A DNA stretch of 63,622 nucleotides, filler included, from Chiloscyllium plagiosum (lineage: Eukaryota): NCBI RefSeq assembly GCF_004010195.1. It is 4 parts of one record of this genome, joined end to end, with 100 filler letters (N's around TTAATTAATTAA, not from the genome) between each part and the next. Parts side by side here need not be neighbours in the genome. Positions count along the whole stretch, not along the records: positions 34,642 to 62,160 come from NC_057713.1; 3 more parts are not named here. One strand, given 5' to 3'. Shown here piece after piece: positions 37,090 through 48,560 of the stretch. The notes below the pieces were generated by a model, which had not been told where the DNA came from, made no database searches, and worked only from the letters and a program-made list of their open reading frames with translations. The translations under genes were made by a program, and so were the position numbers. The number at the start of each line of letters is the position of its first letter. Positions within the stretch are counted from its first letter, which is position 1.

Positions 37090-37503
37090 TTATATGAGTG
37101 TGCGTGTGCATGTATAAGGGAGTGAGTGTGTGTGTGTGTGGGGGGAGGAGGGAACGGAAGCAGAGACTGTGTGACTATATGTTTGCATGTGTTTGGTAGA
37201 GTGTGCGAGCAAGACTCACGAAGTATATGCCTTTGAGAGGGTGTGGGTGTGTATGTCAGAGGGAGAGCATGTGTATGAAACAGGATCTATGTGAGTGTGT
37301 GTGTATGTGTTTTTGTGTGTGAGAGTGTATAGTGCAGTGGGGTCACTAATGTAGTGCAGGTTTGTTTAATACATTGCACCAGGTGTGTAACTCTTTCACC
37401 TTTTACTATTAATTCTGTGTCCTATAGTCCTGCCCCACTTGCAACCTTACAAAGGAGCAGCACTCTGAGAGCTTGTACTTCCAAATAGACTTGTTGGACT
37501 ATA
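37090..37503. mobile_element. Old PLE remnant ((GT)-rich segment and pLTR), continued at 38957-39022
   Basis: The GT-rich tract ends GTATAGTGCAGTGGGGTCAC, as at 1825-1850. The pLTR runs to TTGTTGGACTATA and resumes TATAGCCTGGTATTGTGTGAT..CACCCCAGTCCAACACC after a CR1 insertion. Confidence 0.75.
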
Positions 37504-38956
37504 GAACATAGAACATAGAACATAGAACATAGAAAAATACAGCGCAGTACAGGCCCTTTGGCCCTCGATGTTGCGCCGATCCAAGCCCACCTAACCTACA
37601 CTAGCCCACTATCTTCCATATGCCTATCCAATGCCCGTTTAAATGCCCATAAAGAGGGAGAGTCCACCACTGCTACTGGCAGGGCATTCCATGAACTCAC
37701 GACTCGCTGAGTAAAGAATCTACCCCTAACATCTGTCCTATACCTACCACCCCTTAATTTAAAGCTATGTTCCCTCGTAATAGCTGACTCCATATGTGGA
37801 AAAAGGTTCTCATGGTCAACCCTATCTAAACCGAAAGCTAGTGTGCTTCCAATTAAACCTGTTGGACTATAACCCGGTGTTGTGTGATTTTTAACTTTGT
37901 AAACCCCTAATCATCTTGTACACCTCTATCAAGTCACCCCTAAACCTTCTTTTCTCCAATGAAAACAGCCCACGGTGCCTCAGCCTTTCCTCATATGATC
38001 TTCCTATCAGACCAGGCAACATCCTGATAAACCTCCTCTGCACCCGTTCCAGTGCCTCCACATCCTTCCTATAGTATGGCGACCAAAACTGCACACAATA
38101 CTCTAGATGCGGCCACACCAGACTGCAACATGACCTCAGGACTCCGGAACTCAATTCCTCTACCAATAAAAGCCAGTACGCCATATGCCTTCCTCACCGC
38201 ACTATTTACCTGGGTGGCAACTTTCAGAGATCTGTGTACATGGACACCAAGATCCCTCTGCTCATCCACACTACCAAGTATCCGACCATTAGCCCAGTAC
38301 CCCATCTTTTTGTTATTCTTCCCAAAGTGAATCACCTCACACTTAGCTACATTGTATTCCATTTGCCACCTTTCTGCCCAGCTCTGCAGCTTCTCTATAT
38401 CTTGCTGTAACCTGCCACATCCTTCCTCACTGTCTACAACTCCTCCGACTTTCGTATCATCCGCAAACTTGCTTACCCAACCTTCTAACCCCTCTTCCAG
38501 GTCATTTATAAAAATGACAAACAGCAATGGTCCCAAAACAGATCCTTGCGGAACACCGCTAGTGACGGCACTCCATGAAGAAACTTTGCCATCAACTACT
38601 ACCCTCTGTCTTCTTCCATCCAGCCAATTCCTAATCCAAACCTCCAACTCACCCTCAATGCCATATCTCCGTATTTTCTGCAGTAGCCTACCATGGGGAA
38701 CCTTATCGAACGCCTTACTAAAATCCATATATACCACCTCTACCGCTTTCCCCTCATCAACCTCCTTTGTCACCTTTTCAAAGAATTCAATAAGGTTTGT
38801 GAGGCACTACCTGCCCTTCACAAAACCATGCTGACTATCCTTGATCACATTATTCCTATCCAGATGTTCATAAATTCTATCCCTTACAATTCTCTCTAAG
38901 ACTTTGCCCACAACAGAAGTGAGAAGTTACTAGGGTTATCCCTACTCCCCTTCCCC
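37503..38956 (-). mobile_element. CR1 LINE (RT to 3' end) inserted into a PLE pLTR
   Basis: The 234-aa ORF 38069-38773 contains YMDFSKAFDKVPH, GVPQGSVLGPLLFVIFINDL and SKFADDTK. (TAGAACA)4 tail. Confidence 0.96.
37833..37899 (+). mobile_element. Tiny PLE pLTR fragment nested in CR1
   Basis: GAAAGCTAGTGTGCTTCCAATTAAACCTGTTGGACTATAACCCGGTGTTGTGTGATTTTTAACTTTG lies between duplicated TAAACC. Confidence 0.85.
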
Positions 38957-39310
38957 TATAGCCTGGTATTGTGTGATGTTTAACTTGTCCACCCCAGTCC
39001 AACACCAAAATGTCCGCATCATTCATCAAAAAGACAGTTTAGATATTATACTTCAATTTATACTTCTTCATCTCGATTCTCCATCACTGGATTTTGATCA
39101 ACAACTTATATGCACTATGAAATACTTGAAATAACAAAAAAAATTTTGAAAACTTTCTATTTTTATGCATTTTTGCTTAATACAGCATTAATCATTTGTG
39201 TCCTTTTAAATTTCATAGGCTGCTGATATGCAACAATCCTCTTCCCCCCACATACACATACAATCTTGGATTTTAGATTTTTGTCTAATTTTGCCATAGA
39301 GGTTTTTTAA

Positions 39311-39625
<315 letters not shown>

Positions 39626-39821
39626 TAAATCATTTGATCCAATCAGTTCATGGGGGTGTTTAACTTCCATATGAGCACTATGAAGCCCATATTCTTATTC
39701 TGTTCCAATAGCCTCTTATTTCCCTTTTATGCATCTATTTAACGAATGCATACTTAAATATTGAAATGTACCTGGGATTTCCTCAGAGCTGCTCTCACAC
39801 CCCCAGCCAGGCTGTTGGAAA

Positions 39822-41634
39822 CCCAGGTGAAAGTGATTACTGCAGATGCTGGAGATTAGAGTCAAGAGTGTGGTGCTAGAAAAGCACAAGCAGGTCAGGC
39901 AGCATCCGAGAAGCAGGAAAATCGATGTTTCGGACAAAAGCCCTTCATCAGGAATGAGACTGGGAGCCTAGGGGTGGAGAGATAAATGGGAGAGGGATGG
40001 GGCTTGAGAGAAGGTAGCTGAGAGTGCAACAGGTGGATCGAGGTGGGGGTAAAGGTGATAGGTTGGGAGAGGGTGGAGTGGATAAATGGGAAGGAAGATG
40101 GACAGATGGGACAGATCATGAGGATGGTGCTGAACTGGAAGGTTGGAACTGGGGTAAGGTAGTGGGGGGGGAATGAGGAAAATGGTGAAATTCACATTGG
40201 TGCCATGGGGTTGTAGGTTTCTGAGGCTGAAGATGGTAAGGGAGTGACGATGGAGGAGGCCCAGGACTTGCATGTCCTCGGCAGAGTGGGAGGGGCAGTT
40301 TAAGTGTTTGGCCACAGGGCAGTGGGGTTGGTTGGTGCGGGGGTTCTCTGAAGTGGTCTGCAAGTAGGCGTCCTGTCTCCCCAATGTAGAAGAGACCGCA
40401 TCGGGAGCAACAGATACAGTAAAAGACATGCATGGAAGTGCAGGAGAAACTTTGATGGATGTGGAAGGCTCCTTTGGCGACTTGGACAGAGGTGAGGGGA
40501 GAGGTCTGGGTGCAGGTTTTGCAATTCCTCCGATGGCAGGGGAAGCTGCCGGGAGGGGAGGTTGGATTGTTAGGGGGGCGTGGATCTAATGAGGTAGTTG
40601 TGGAGGGAACAGTCTTTATGGAAAGCGGATAGGGGGAGGGAGGGAAATATATCTCTGGTGGTGAAGTCCATTTGTAGGTGGCAGAAATGGCAGAGGATGA
40701 TGTGATGTATATGGAGGTTGGTGGGGTGGAAGGTGAGCACCGGGAGGTTCTATCCTTGTTGCGGTTGGAGGGGTTTGAGGGCGAAGGTGCGGGAAGTGGA
40801 TGAGATACGCTGAAAGGCGTCATCAACCATGTGGTAAGGGAAATTGTGGTCTTTGAGGAAGGAGGCCATCTACTGTGTTCAGTGGTGGAACTGGTCCTCC
40901 TGGGAGCAGATGCAGTAGAGGCGAAGGAATTGGGAATAACGGATAGCATTTTTGCAGGGGGCAAGGTGGGAGGAGGTGTAATCCAGGTAGCTGTGGGAGT
41001 CAGTGGGTTTGTAGAAAATGTCAGTGTTCAGAGATGGTCCAGATGAATTTAAGGTCGGGGTGAAATGTGTTGGTGAAGTTGATGAACTGTTCAACCTCCT
41101 CAAGGGAGCACAAGGTGGCACTGATACAGTCCCTAATGTAGTGGAGGAAAAGGTGAGGAGTAGTGCCGGTGTAACTGCAGGAGATAGACTGTTCCATGTA
41201 GCCGATAAAGAGACAGGCGTAGCTGGGGCCCATGCAGATGTCCATGGCTACCCTTTTCGTCTGGAGGAAGTGGGAGAATTTGGAGGAGAAATTCTTGACG
41301 GTGAGGACAGGTTCAGCCAATGAATGAGAGTGTCAGTGGAAGGGTACTGGTGGGGAGAGGAAGAAACAGAGGGCTTGGAGACCCTCATCATGGAGGATGC
41401 AGGTGTAGAGGGACTGGATGTCCGTGGTGAAGATGAGACTTTGGATGCCTGGGAAACGCAAGTCTTAGAGGAGGTGGAGGGAGTGGGTGGTGTCCTGAAT
41501 GTATGTGGAGAATTCCTGGACAGTATCGAGTCCTATCCCCTCTGGTCCAGGAATTCTCCACATACATTCGGGACACTACCCACTCCCTCCACCTCCTCGA
41601 AGACCTCTGTTTCCCTGGCCCCCAAAGCCTCATC
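39822..41634 (-). mobile_element. Penelope-like retroelement: RT, GIY-YIG endonuclease, 3' pLTR with hammerhead; 5'-truncated with an inverted end
   Basis: FLQTKRVAMD..MGPSYACLF..FLHYIRDC, IFYKPTDSHSYLDYTSSH..KNAIRYSQFLR, CHRRNCKTC and YCICCSRCGLFYIGETGR. CTGATGAAGGGCTTTTGTCCGAAACATC on - at about 39924-39951. Confidence 0.92.
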
Positions 41635-42734
41635 CAGGTGGGGTCCTGTTTATATTTCAAAATAATGTTTCCACCACACTCATGTTAAAATCAAAAGACA
41701 AGGTCCACTTCAAGGAAATATCCTGCCATGATCTCTGCTTCAATATGGTAGTATATTACACAACTTCAAATAAATAACATATTGGAGGTTCTGAAGTATA
41801 TCATAGAACGCAATCTTACTATCATGCTTGTTAGAAGAACAGTGAAAATGACTTTCGATTAAACAAAGCTGTCCTTAAAGTACGAGAAATTTTCCATCTT
41901 AATCACCTTGATCAGAAAAATTGCTGACTTCATTTCAAAAACCAAATGACATCTGGCAGTTTATGCATTCCATGTCAAAACAAATGCCTGTTCTTGACAT
42001 GGTAGGTACAATGAAATCTCGCAGAGACATTTCATTTTGTGAAGTGAATCAAAGTATTTTCAATATTCTACATTGGTTATTATCCACACAGAAACTACTT
42101 TGGACATTTAACAATGCTTTTATCAATTAATTGAGACTAAGCAGTGAAAGTCATTAACATTAACATCCTGCCGCTTCTGTAACTAGTCTCGACGGGGAAG
42201 AGTACAAGCAAGTCTGCTGCAAAACATTACAAGATGTTGAAGTTTATTTACAATATATTCACAATATTCTATGGTCGTAATTAGCTACAAAATTCTGCAC
42301 TCATAACCTGAGATTTTTCTTTAGACAGTATGTTTAACAAAACTACACTCATGGTCTTTATGAAATGGCTTTGCCTTGTATTGTTTCGATATTGCACATG
42401 AAAAATCGAAACTTTACCACCTCCCCCAACACATTGGCACCTGGGAAATATGGCTAGTGTCACTTGTTCTTTGTGCTGTTGCTGTATTATGACTGCAGTA
42501 TGCAGCTAACAGTGATGTAATCATCAAGAAGAAACTGAGCAGCTAAAAATAGCACAGAGCCAGTACACTTCATCTTCATGTGCCAGTTCTCAGATCCGAA
42601 AGAAAATGCTTGGTTTTGATCCAACCTAATCAAACAGATGCAGCTGGAGACACTTCAAATTTCTGACCTACACCTCAATTTGCATCTACTGCGTGATTCC
42701 AGATAATTGTTGCCTCAGTCCAAAGACATTATAA

Positions 42735-42805
42735 ATTCAGAACAACATCGGTTATCCGAACATCAATTATCCGAATTTCGGATTATCCAATCAAGATCTC
42801 AAGGT
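42735..42805. mobile_element. Possible Tc1/pogo-type MITE terminal fragment
   Basis: Repeated ATTATCCGAA/TTCGGATT subterminal motif resembling pogo/Tigger-type ends; no partner TIR found. Confidence 0.3.
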
Positions 42806-43219
42806 CCCTGTACATGCATTTCAATTGAAGTAGGAAAATTCTATTCCTCATCCATTTAATGCATCATTTTGTAAATTTGAGTAGGAACATAGATGCAAGT
42901 ATGCCCTTGATTCCTTGTACAGCAAGACAGTGTCTCTGCCTTAAAACAATTAAATATCTCCTGCACCCATCACATTCTGAGGAACAGAGTTCCATAGTCA
43001 CACAATCCTCTGGGAAAAAAAAATCTCATCTTTATCCTAAAGCAGTGACTCTAAATTTTGAAACAATATACCCTAGTTCTGCATTTAAAAAGGAAAGTGC
43101 TGGAGAAACACAGCAGGCATGGTAACATCTGTAGAGAGTCAATTCAATATAGCCCTTCTAGTTTCGGTCTTAACCATTTCCACATCCACTTTGCCAACAC
43201 TATTCAAGATTTATGTAAA

Positions 43220-44712
43220 GACAAAGAACAGAATAGCACATGAATAGGCCCTTCACCCCACCAAGCCTGCACCAACACATGATGTCTTTCTAAACTAAAC
43301 CTTTTGCCTCAACAGGATCCGCATGCCTCTATTCCCTGCCTCGACATATGTTAGTCAAGATGCCCTTTAAGCATTGTTATTGTATCTGTTTATACCACTA
43401 CCGTTGGCAATTCTTTCCAGGTACTTACCACTCTCTGTGTAAACAAAACTTGCTTCTCACGTGTCTTTTAAACTAACCTTTGTTTATCTTAAACCTATGT
43501 CCCCTGGTAATTCACATTTCTATCTGGGAAAAAGACTCCAACTAGCCATTCTATCCATGTCTGTCATAATTTTGTAAACTTCGAACAAATCGCCTCTCTG
43601 CCACTGAAGTTTAAGTGAAATCAAATTATGTTTGTCCGATCTCTCCTCATAGCTAATACCCTCCAAACCAGGCAATATTCTGTTAAACCATTTCTGCATC
43701 CTCTCCAAATGTTCGGCATCCTTCTGGTAGTGTGGCAACCAGAATTGGACACAATCTTCCAAATGTGGCCTTACCAAAGTTCTATATAGCTGCAAGATGA
43801 CTTGGAATTTTTTTATATCCTCTGCCCTGATCAATGAAAGCAAGCATGCCATATGCTTTCTTAACCTTTTCCACTTGTGTTGACCCTTTCAGGGAAGTTT
43901 GGACCTATATATGTCGATTATTCTGTATGTTACCACTTCTAAGGGTTCTGACATTTATTGTCTGCTTCCTCCTGCATTAAGCCTTCCAAAATGTCAAAGA
44001 CCTTGTTAAAGTTCATGTGGACAACGTGAACCGCTGTCCTCATCAATCATCTTTGTCATTTTCTCATAAATTTCGATCAAGTTTGTGAGACATAATCTTC
44101 TCCGCATAATGTCATGCTACCTAAGACTAATAAATCCAGGTTTTTCCAAATGTGAGTAAATCCTACCCCTAAGAATCTGCTCCAATAAGAGCCAAAGACA
44201 TAAGGCTCACCAGCCTGTAATTTTCCAGATGGCTCAGTGGTTAACACTGCTGCCTCACAGAGTCAGGGACCCCGGTTCACATCTAGCCTTGGGAAACTGT
44301 CTGTGTGAAGTTTGCATATTCTCCCTGTGTCTGCGTGGGTTTCCTCCAGATGCTCCGGTTTCCTCCCACAGTCTAAAGATGTGCAGGTCAGGTGAATGGG
44401 CCATGCTAAATTGCCCATAGTGTTAGTGCATTAGTCAGAGGGAAATGGGTCTGGGTAGGTTACTTTGTGGAGGATTGGTATGGACTTGTTGGGCCAAATA
44501 CCTGTTTCAAAACTGCTGGCAATCTAATCTCTTTCGCCCTTCTTAACCAAAGGAACAGGTTTGGTGATTTTTCAGTCATTTGTGAACTATCCTGTGACTA
44601 AAGAGGATACCAATATTCCATACAAGGATCCAGCAATATCCTCCCTCACCTCCCTCAGTATTCTGGGCTAAATCCCATCAGGTTCTGGGGACTTGCCTAC
44701 CTTAATGCTTTT
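43220..44712 (-). mobile_element. CR1 LINE, decayed, with nested HE1
   Basis: LYRTLVRPHLEDCVQFWLPHYQKD; RT N-terminal remnants at 44000-44710. Confidence 0.88.
44229..44530 (+). mobile_element. HE1 V-SINE
   Basis: TGGCTCAGTGGTTAACACTGC, V-domain and AATCTAATC tail. Confidence 0.92.
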
Positions 44713-46849
44713 CAACACACTAAACTTGTGCCCTCTAGTTCTGGACTCCCCCACCCCCAGGGAAAAGATTGTGTCTATTTATTCTAACCACGCCCCTCAT
44801 TATTTTATAAACCTCTATAAGGTCACCCCTCAGCCTCCGACACTCCAGGAAAACAGCCCTAGCCTATTCAACCTCTCCCTGTAGCTCAAATCCTCCAACC
44901 CTGGTAACATCCTTTTAAATATTTTCTGAACCATTTCAAGTTTCACAACATCTTTCTGATAGGAAGGAGACAAGGATTGCATGCAATATTCCAACAGTGG
45001 TCTAACCAGTGTCCTGTACAGCTGCAACATGACCTCCCAACTCCTGTACTCAATACTCTAAACAATACAGGAAACCATACCAAATGCCTTCTTCACTATC
45101 CTATCTACCTGCGACTCCACTTTCAAGGAGCTATGAACCTACACTCCAAGGTCTCTTTGTTCAGTGACACTCCCTTGGACCTTACCATTAAGTATATAAG
45201 TACTGCTAAGATTTGCTTTCCCAAAATGCAGTACCACACATTTATCTGAATTAAACTCCATCTGTCACTTCTCAGCCCATTGGCCCATCTGATCAAGATC
45301 CTGTTGTAATCTGAGGTAACCTTCTTCGCTGTCCACTACATCTCCAATTTTGGTGTCATTTGCAAACTTACTAATTATATCTCTTAGGCTCACATCCAAA
45401 TCATTTATATAAATGATGAAAAGTATTGGATCCAGCACCCATCCTTGGAGGTCACAGATCTCCAGTCTGAAAAACAACCCTCCACCACCACCCTCTATCT
45501 TCTACCTTTGAGCTAGTTCTGTATCCAATTATCTAGTTCTCCCTGTATTTCATGAGATATAATCTTGCTATCCAGTCTCCCATGGGGAACCTTGTCGAAT
45601 GCCTTACTGAAGTCCATATAGATCACATCTACTTCTCTCCCCGAACCAATCCTTTTTGTTACTTCTTCAAAAAAGCTCAATTAACTTTGTGAGACATGAT
45701 TTCCCATGCACAAAGCCATGTTGACTATCCCTCACCAGTCCTTGCCTTTCCATATACATGGACATCCTGTCCCTCAGAATTCTCATAACAACTTGCCCAC
45801 CACTGATGTCAGGCTCGCAGGTCTATAATTTCCTGGCTTGTCCTTACCACCCTTCTTAAACAATGGCACATATTAGCCAACCTCCTGTCTTCCGGCACCT
45901 CACCTGTGACTATCAATTATACAAATATCTCAGTAAGAGGCCCAGCAATCACTTCTCTAGCTTCCCACAGAGTTCTAGGGTACAGCTGATCAGGTCCTGG
46001 GGATTTATCCACTTTTATGCATTTCAAGACATCCAGCACTTCCTCCTCTGTAATATGGACATTTCCCTACACTCTATATCTTCCATGTCCTTTTCCACTG
46101 TAAATACTGATGCAAAATACTGGTTTAGTATCTCCGATCCTGCAGCTCCACACAAAGGCGTCTTTGCTGATCTTTGAGGAGCCCTATTCTCTTCCTACTT
46201 ACCCTTTTGTCCTTTTCATTTCTGAAGGCTTCCCAATTTCCAGCCGTCCCTTTACCTGTGAACATCTACCTCCAATCAGCTTTTGAAAGTTCTTGCCTAA
46301 TAGCGTCAAAATTGGCCTTTCTCCAATTTAGAACTTCAACTTTTAGATCTGGTCTATCCTTTTCTATCACTATTTTAAATCTAATAGAACTATGGTCGCT
46401 GGCCCCAAAGAGCTCCCCTATTGACACCTCAGTCACCTGCCCTGCCTTATTTCCCAAGGGTAGGTCAAGTTTTGTACCTTCTCTAGTAGGTACATCCACA
46501 TACTGAATTAGAAACTTTTCTTGTACACACTTAACAAATTCCTCTCCATTTAAACCCTTAATTCTATGGCAGTCCCAGTCTATGTTTGGAAAGCTAAAAC
46601 CCCTATCATAACCACTCCATTATTCTTACAGATAGCTGAGATCTCCTTACACGTTATTTTTCAATTTCCCTCTGACTATTAGGAGGTCTATAATATAATC
46701 CCAATAAGGTGATCATCCCTTTCTTATTTCTCAGTTCCACCCAAATAACTTCCCTGGATGGATTTCTGGGAATATCCTCCCTCAGCACACCTGTAATGCT
46801 ATCCCTTATCATAAACGCCACTCCCGCTCCTTTCTTGCTTCCCTTTCTA

Positions 46850-47000
46850 GGTTGAAACTTTATTGCTGGAACAGCACAGCAGGTCAGGCAGCATCCAGGG
46901 AACAGGAGATTCGACGTTTCGGGCACAGGCCCTTCTTCAGGAATGAGCAGAGAGTGTTCAGCAGGAGAAGATAAAAGGTAGGGAGGAGGGACATGGAGGA
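46850..47000 (-). mobile_element. Young PLE 3' end (pLTR) inserted in the CR1 endonuclease; body lost in gap 47001-47812
   Basis: Same pLTR as 54437-54611; the CR1 resumes at 47813. Confidence 0.85.
46909..46944 (-). ncRNA. Intact minimal type I hammerhead ribozyme
   Basis: The minus strand reads AUUC-CUGAAGA-A-GGGC-CUGU-GCCC-GAAA-CG-UC-GAAU: CUGANGA/GAAA core, 4-bp helix II, palindromic ACGU helix III, GUC cleavage triplet and 4-bp helix I. Confidence 0.8.
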
Positions 47001-48560
47001 NNNNNNNNNNNNNNNNNNNNNNNNNNNNNNNNNNNNNNNNNNNNNNNNNNNNNNNNNNNNNNNNNNNNNNNNNNNNNNNNNNNNNNNNNNNNNNNNNNNN
47101 NNNNNNNNNNNNNNNNNNNNNNNNNNNNNNNNNNNNNNNNNNNNNNNNNNNNNNNNNNNNNNNNNNNNNNNNNNNNNNNNNNNNNNNNNNNNNNNNNNNN
47201 NNNNNNNNNNNNNNNNNNNNNNNNNNNNNNNNNNNNNNNNNNNNNNNNNNNNNNNNNNNNNNNNNNNNNNNNNNNNNNNNNNNNNNNNNNNNNNNNNNNN
47301 NNNNNNNNNNNNNNNNNNNNNNNNNNNNNNNNNNNNNNNNNNNNNNNNNNNNNNNNNNNNNNNNNNNNNNNNNNNNNNNNNNNNNNNNNNNNNNNNNNNN
47401 NNNNNNNNNNNNNNNNNNNNNNNNNNNNNNNNNNNNNNNNNNNNNNNNNNNNNNNNNNNNNNNNNNNNNNNNNNNNNNNNNNNNNNNNNNNNNNNNNNNN
47501 NNNNNNNNNNNNNNNNNNNNNNNNNNNNNNNNNNNNNNNNNNNNNNNNNNNNNNNNNNNNNNNNNNNNNNNNNNNNNNNNNNNNNNNNNNNNNNNNNNNN
47601 NNNNNNNNNNNNNNNNNNNNNNNNNNNNNNNNNNNNNNNNNNNNNNNNNNNNNNNNNNNNNNNNNNNNNNNNNNNNNNNNNNNNNNNNNNNNNNNNNNNN
47701 NNNNNNNNNNNNNNNNNNNNNNNNNNNNNNNNNNNNNNNNNNNNNNNNNNNNNNNNNNNNNNNNNNNNNNNNNNNNNNNNNNNNNNNNNNNNNNNNNNNN
47801 NNNNNNNNNNNNATCCTTCCTGTAGAATTTGTATCCTGGAACATTAAGCTGCCATTCCTGCCCATCCCTGAGCCATGTTTCTGTAATTTCTATGATATCC
47901 CAGTCCCATGTTCCTAACCATGCCCTCAGTTCATCTGCCTTCCTTGTTCGGCCCCTTGCATTGAAATAAATGGAGTTTAATTTATTAGTCCTTCCTTGTC
48001 CCTGACTGCCCTGACTGTTTGCCTCGCTTCTGTTTTCAACCGTACCAGTCTCAGATGATCTCTTTATTCCCTGTCTCCCTGGGTCACCCCACCCCCCACT
48101 TTACTAGTTTAAGTCCTCCCGAGCAGCTCTAGCAAATCTCCCTGCCAGTATATTTATCCCCTTCCAATTTAGGTGTAATTCGTCCTTCTTGTACAGGTCA
48201 CTTCTACCCCAAAAGAGATTCTAATGATTCAAAAATGTGAATCCTTCTCGCATACACCAGCTCCTCAGCCATGCATTCATCTGCTCTATCCTCCTATTCC
48301 TGCCCTCTAGCTTATCCAGATATTACTACTCTCAAGGACCTCCTTTTTAAATTCCTGCCTAAAACTCTGTAATCTCCCTTCAGAATCTCAACCTTTTCTC
48401 TTCCTATATCATTGCTTCCAATGTGTACAATGACCTCCTGCTGGTCCCTCTCCCCCTTGAGAACTTTCTCAAGTCTGTCTGAGACATCCTTGATCCTGGC
48501 ATCAGGGAAGCAACACACCATTTTGATTTTTCTCTGCTGGCCACAGAAACATCTGTCTGT

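Larger units (their letters stand above)
44715..48560 (-). mobile_element. Long CR1 LINE (ORF1 esterase part, endonuclease, RT), interrupted by a PLE and N gap at 46850-47812
   Basis: MVCCFPDARIKDV..IVHIGSND (ORF1), GVAFMI..GLYYRPP, SDHSSIRF, SKFANDTKIG and VRPLLEYC. Confidence 0.92.

Noticed and set aside
40116..40964. 282-aa Pro/Ser-rich ORF as a novel protein
   Set aside because: It is a frameshifted read through the Penelope ORF; only the middle part is in the true GIY-YIG frame.
46654..47865. 403-aa and 284-aa ORFs
   Set aside because: Mostly X residues from the 812-nt gap, with flanks from CR1 and PLE sequence.
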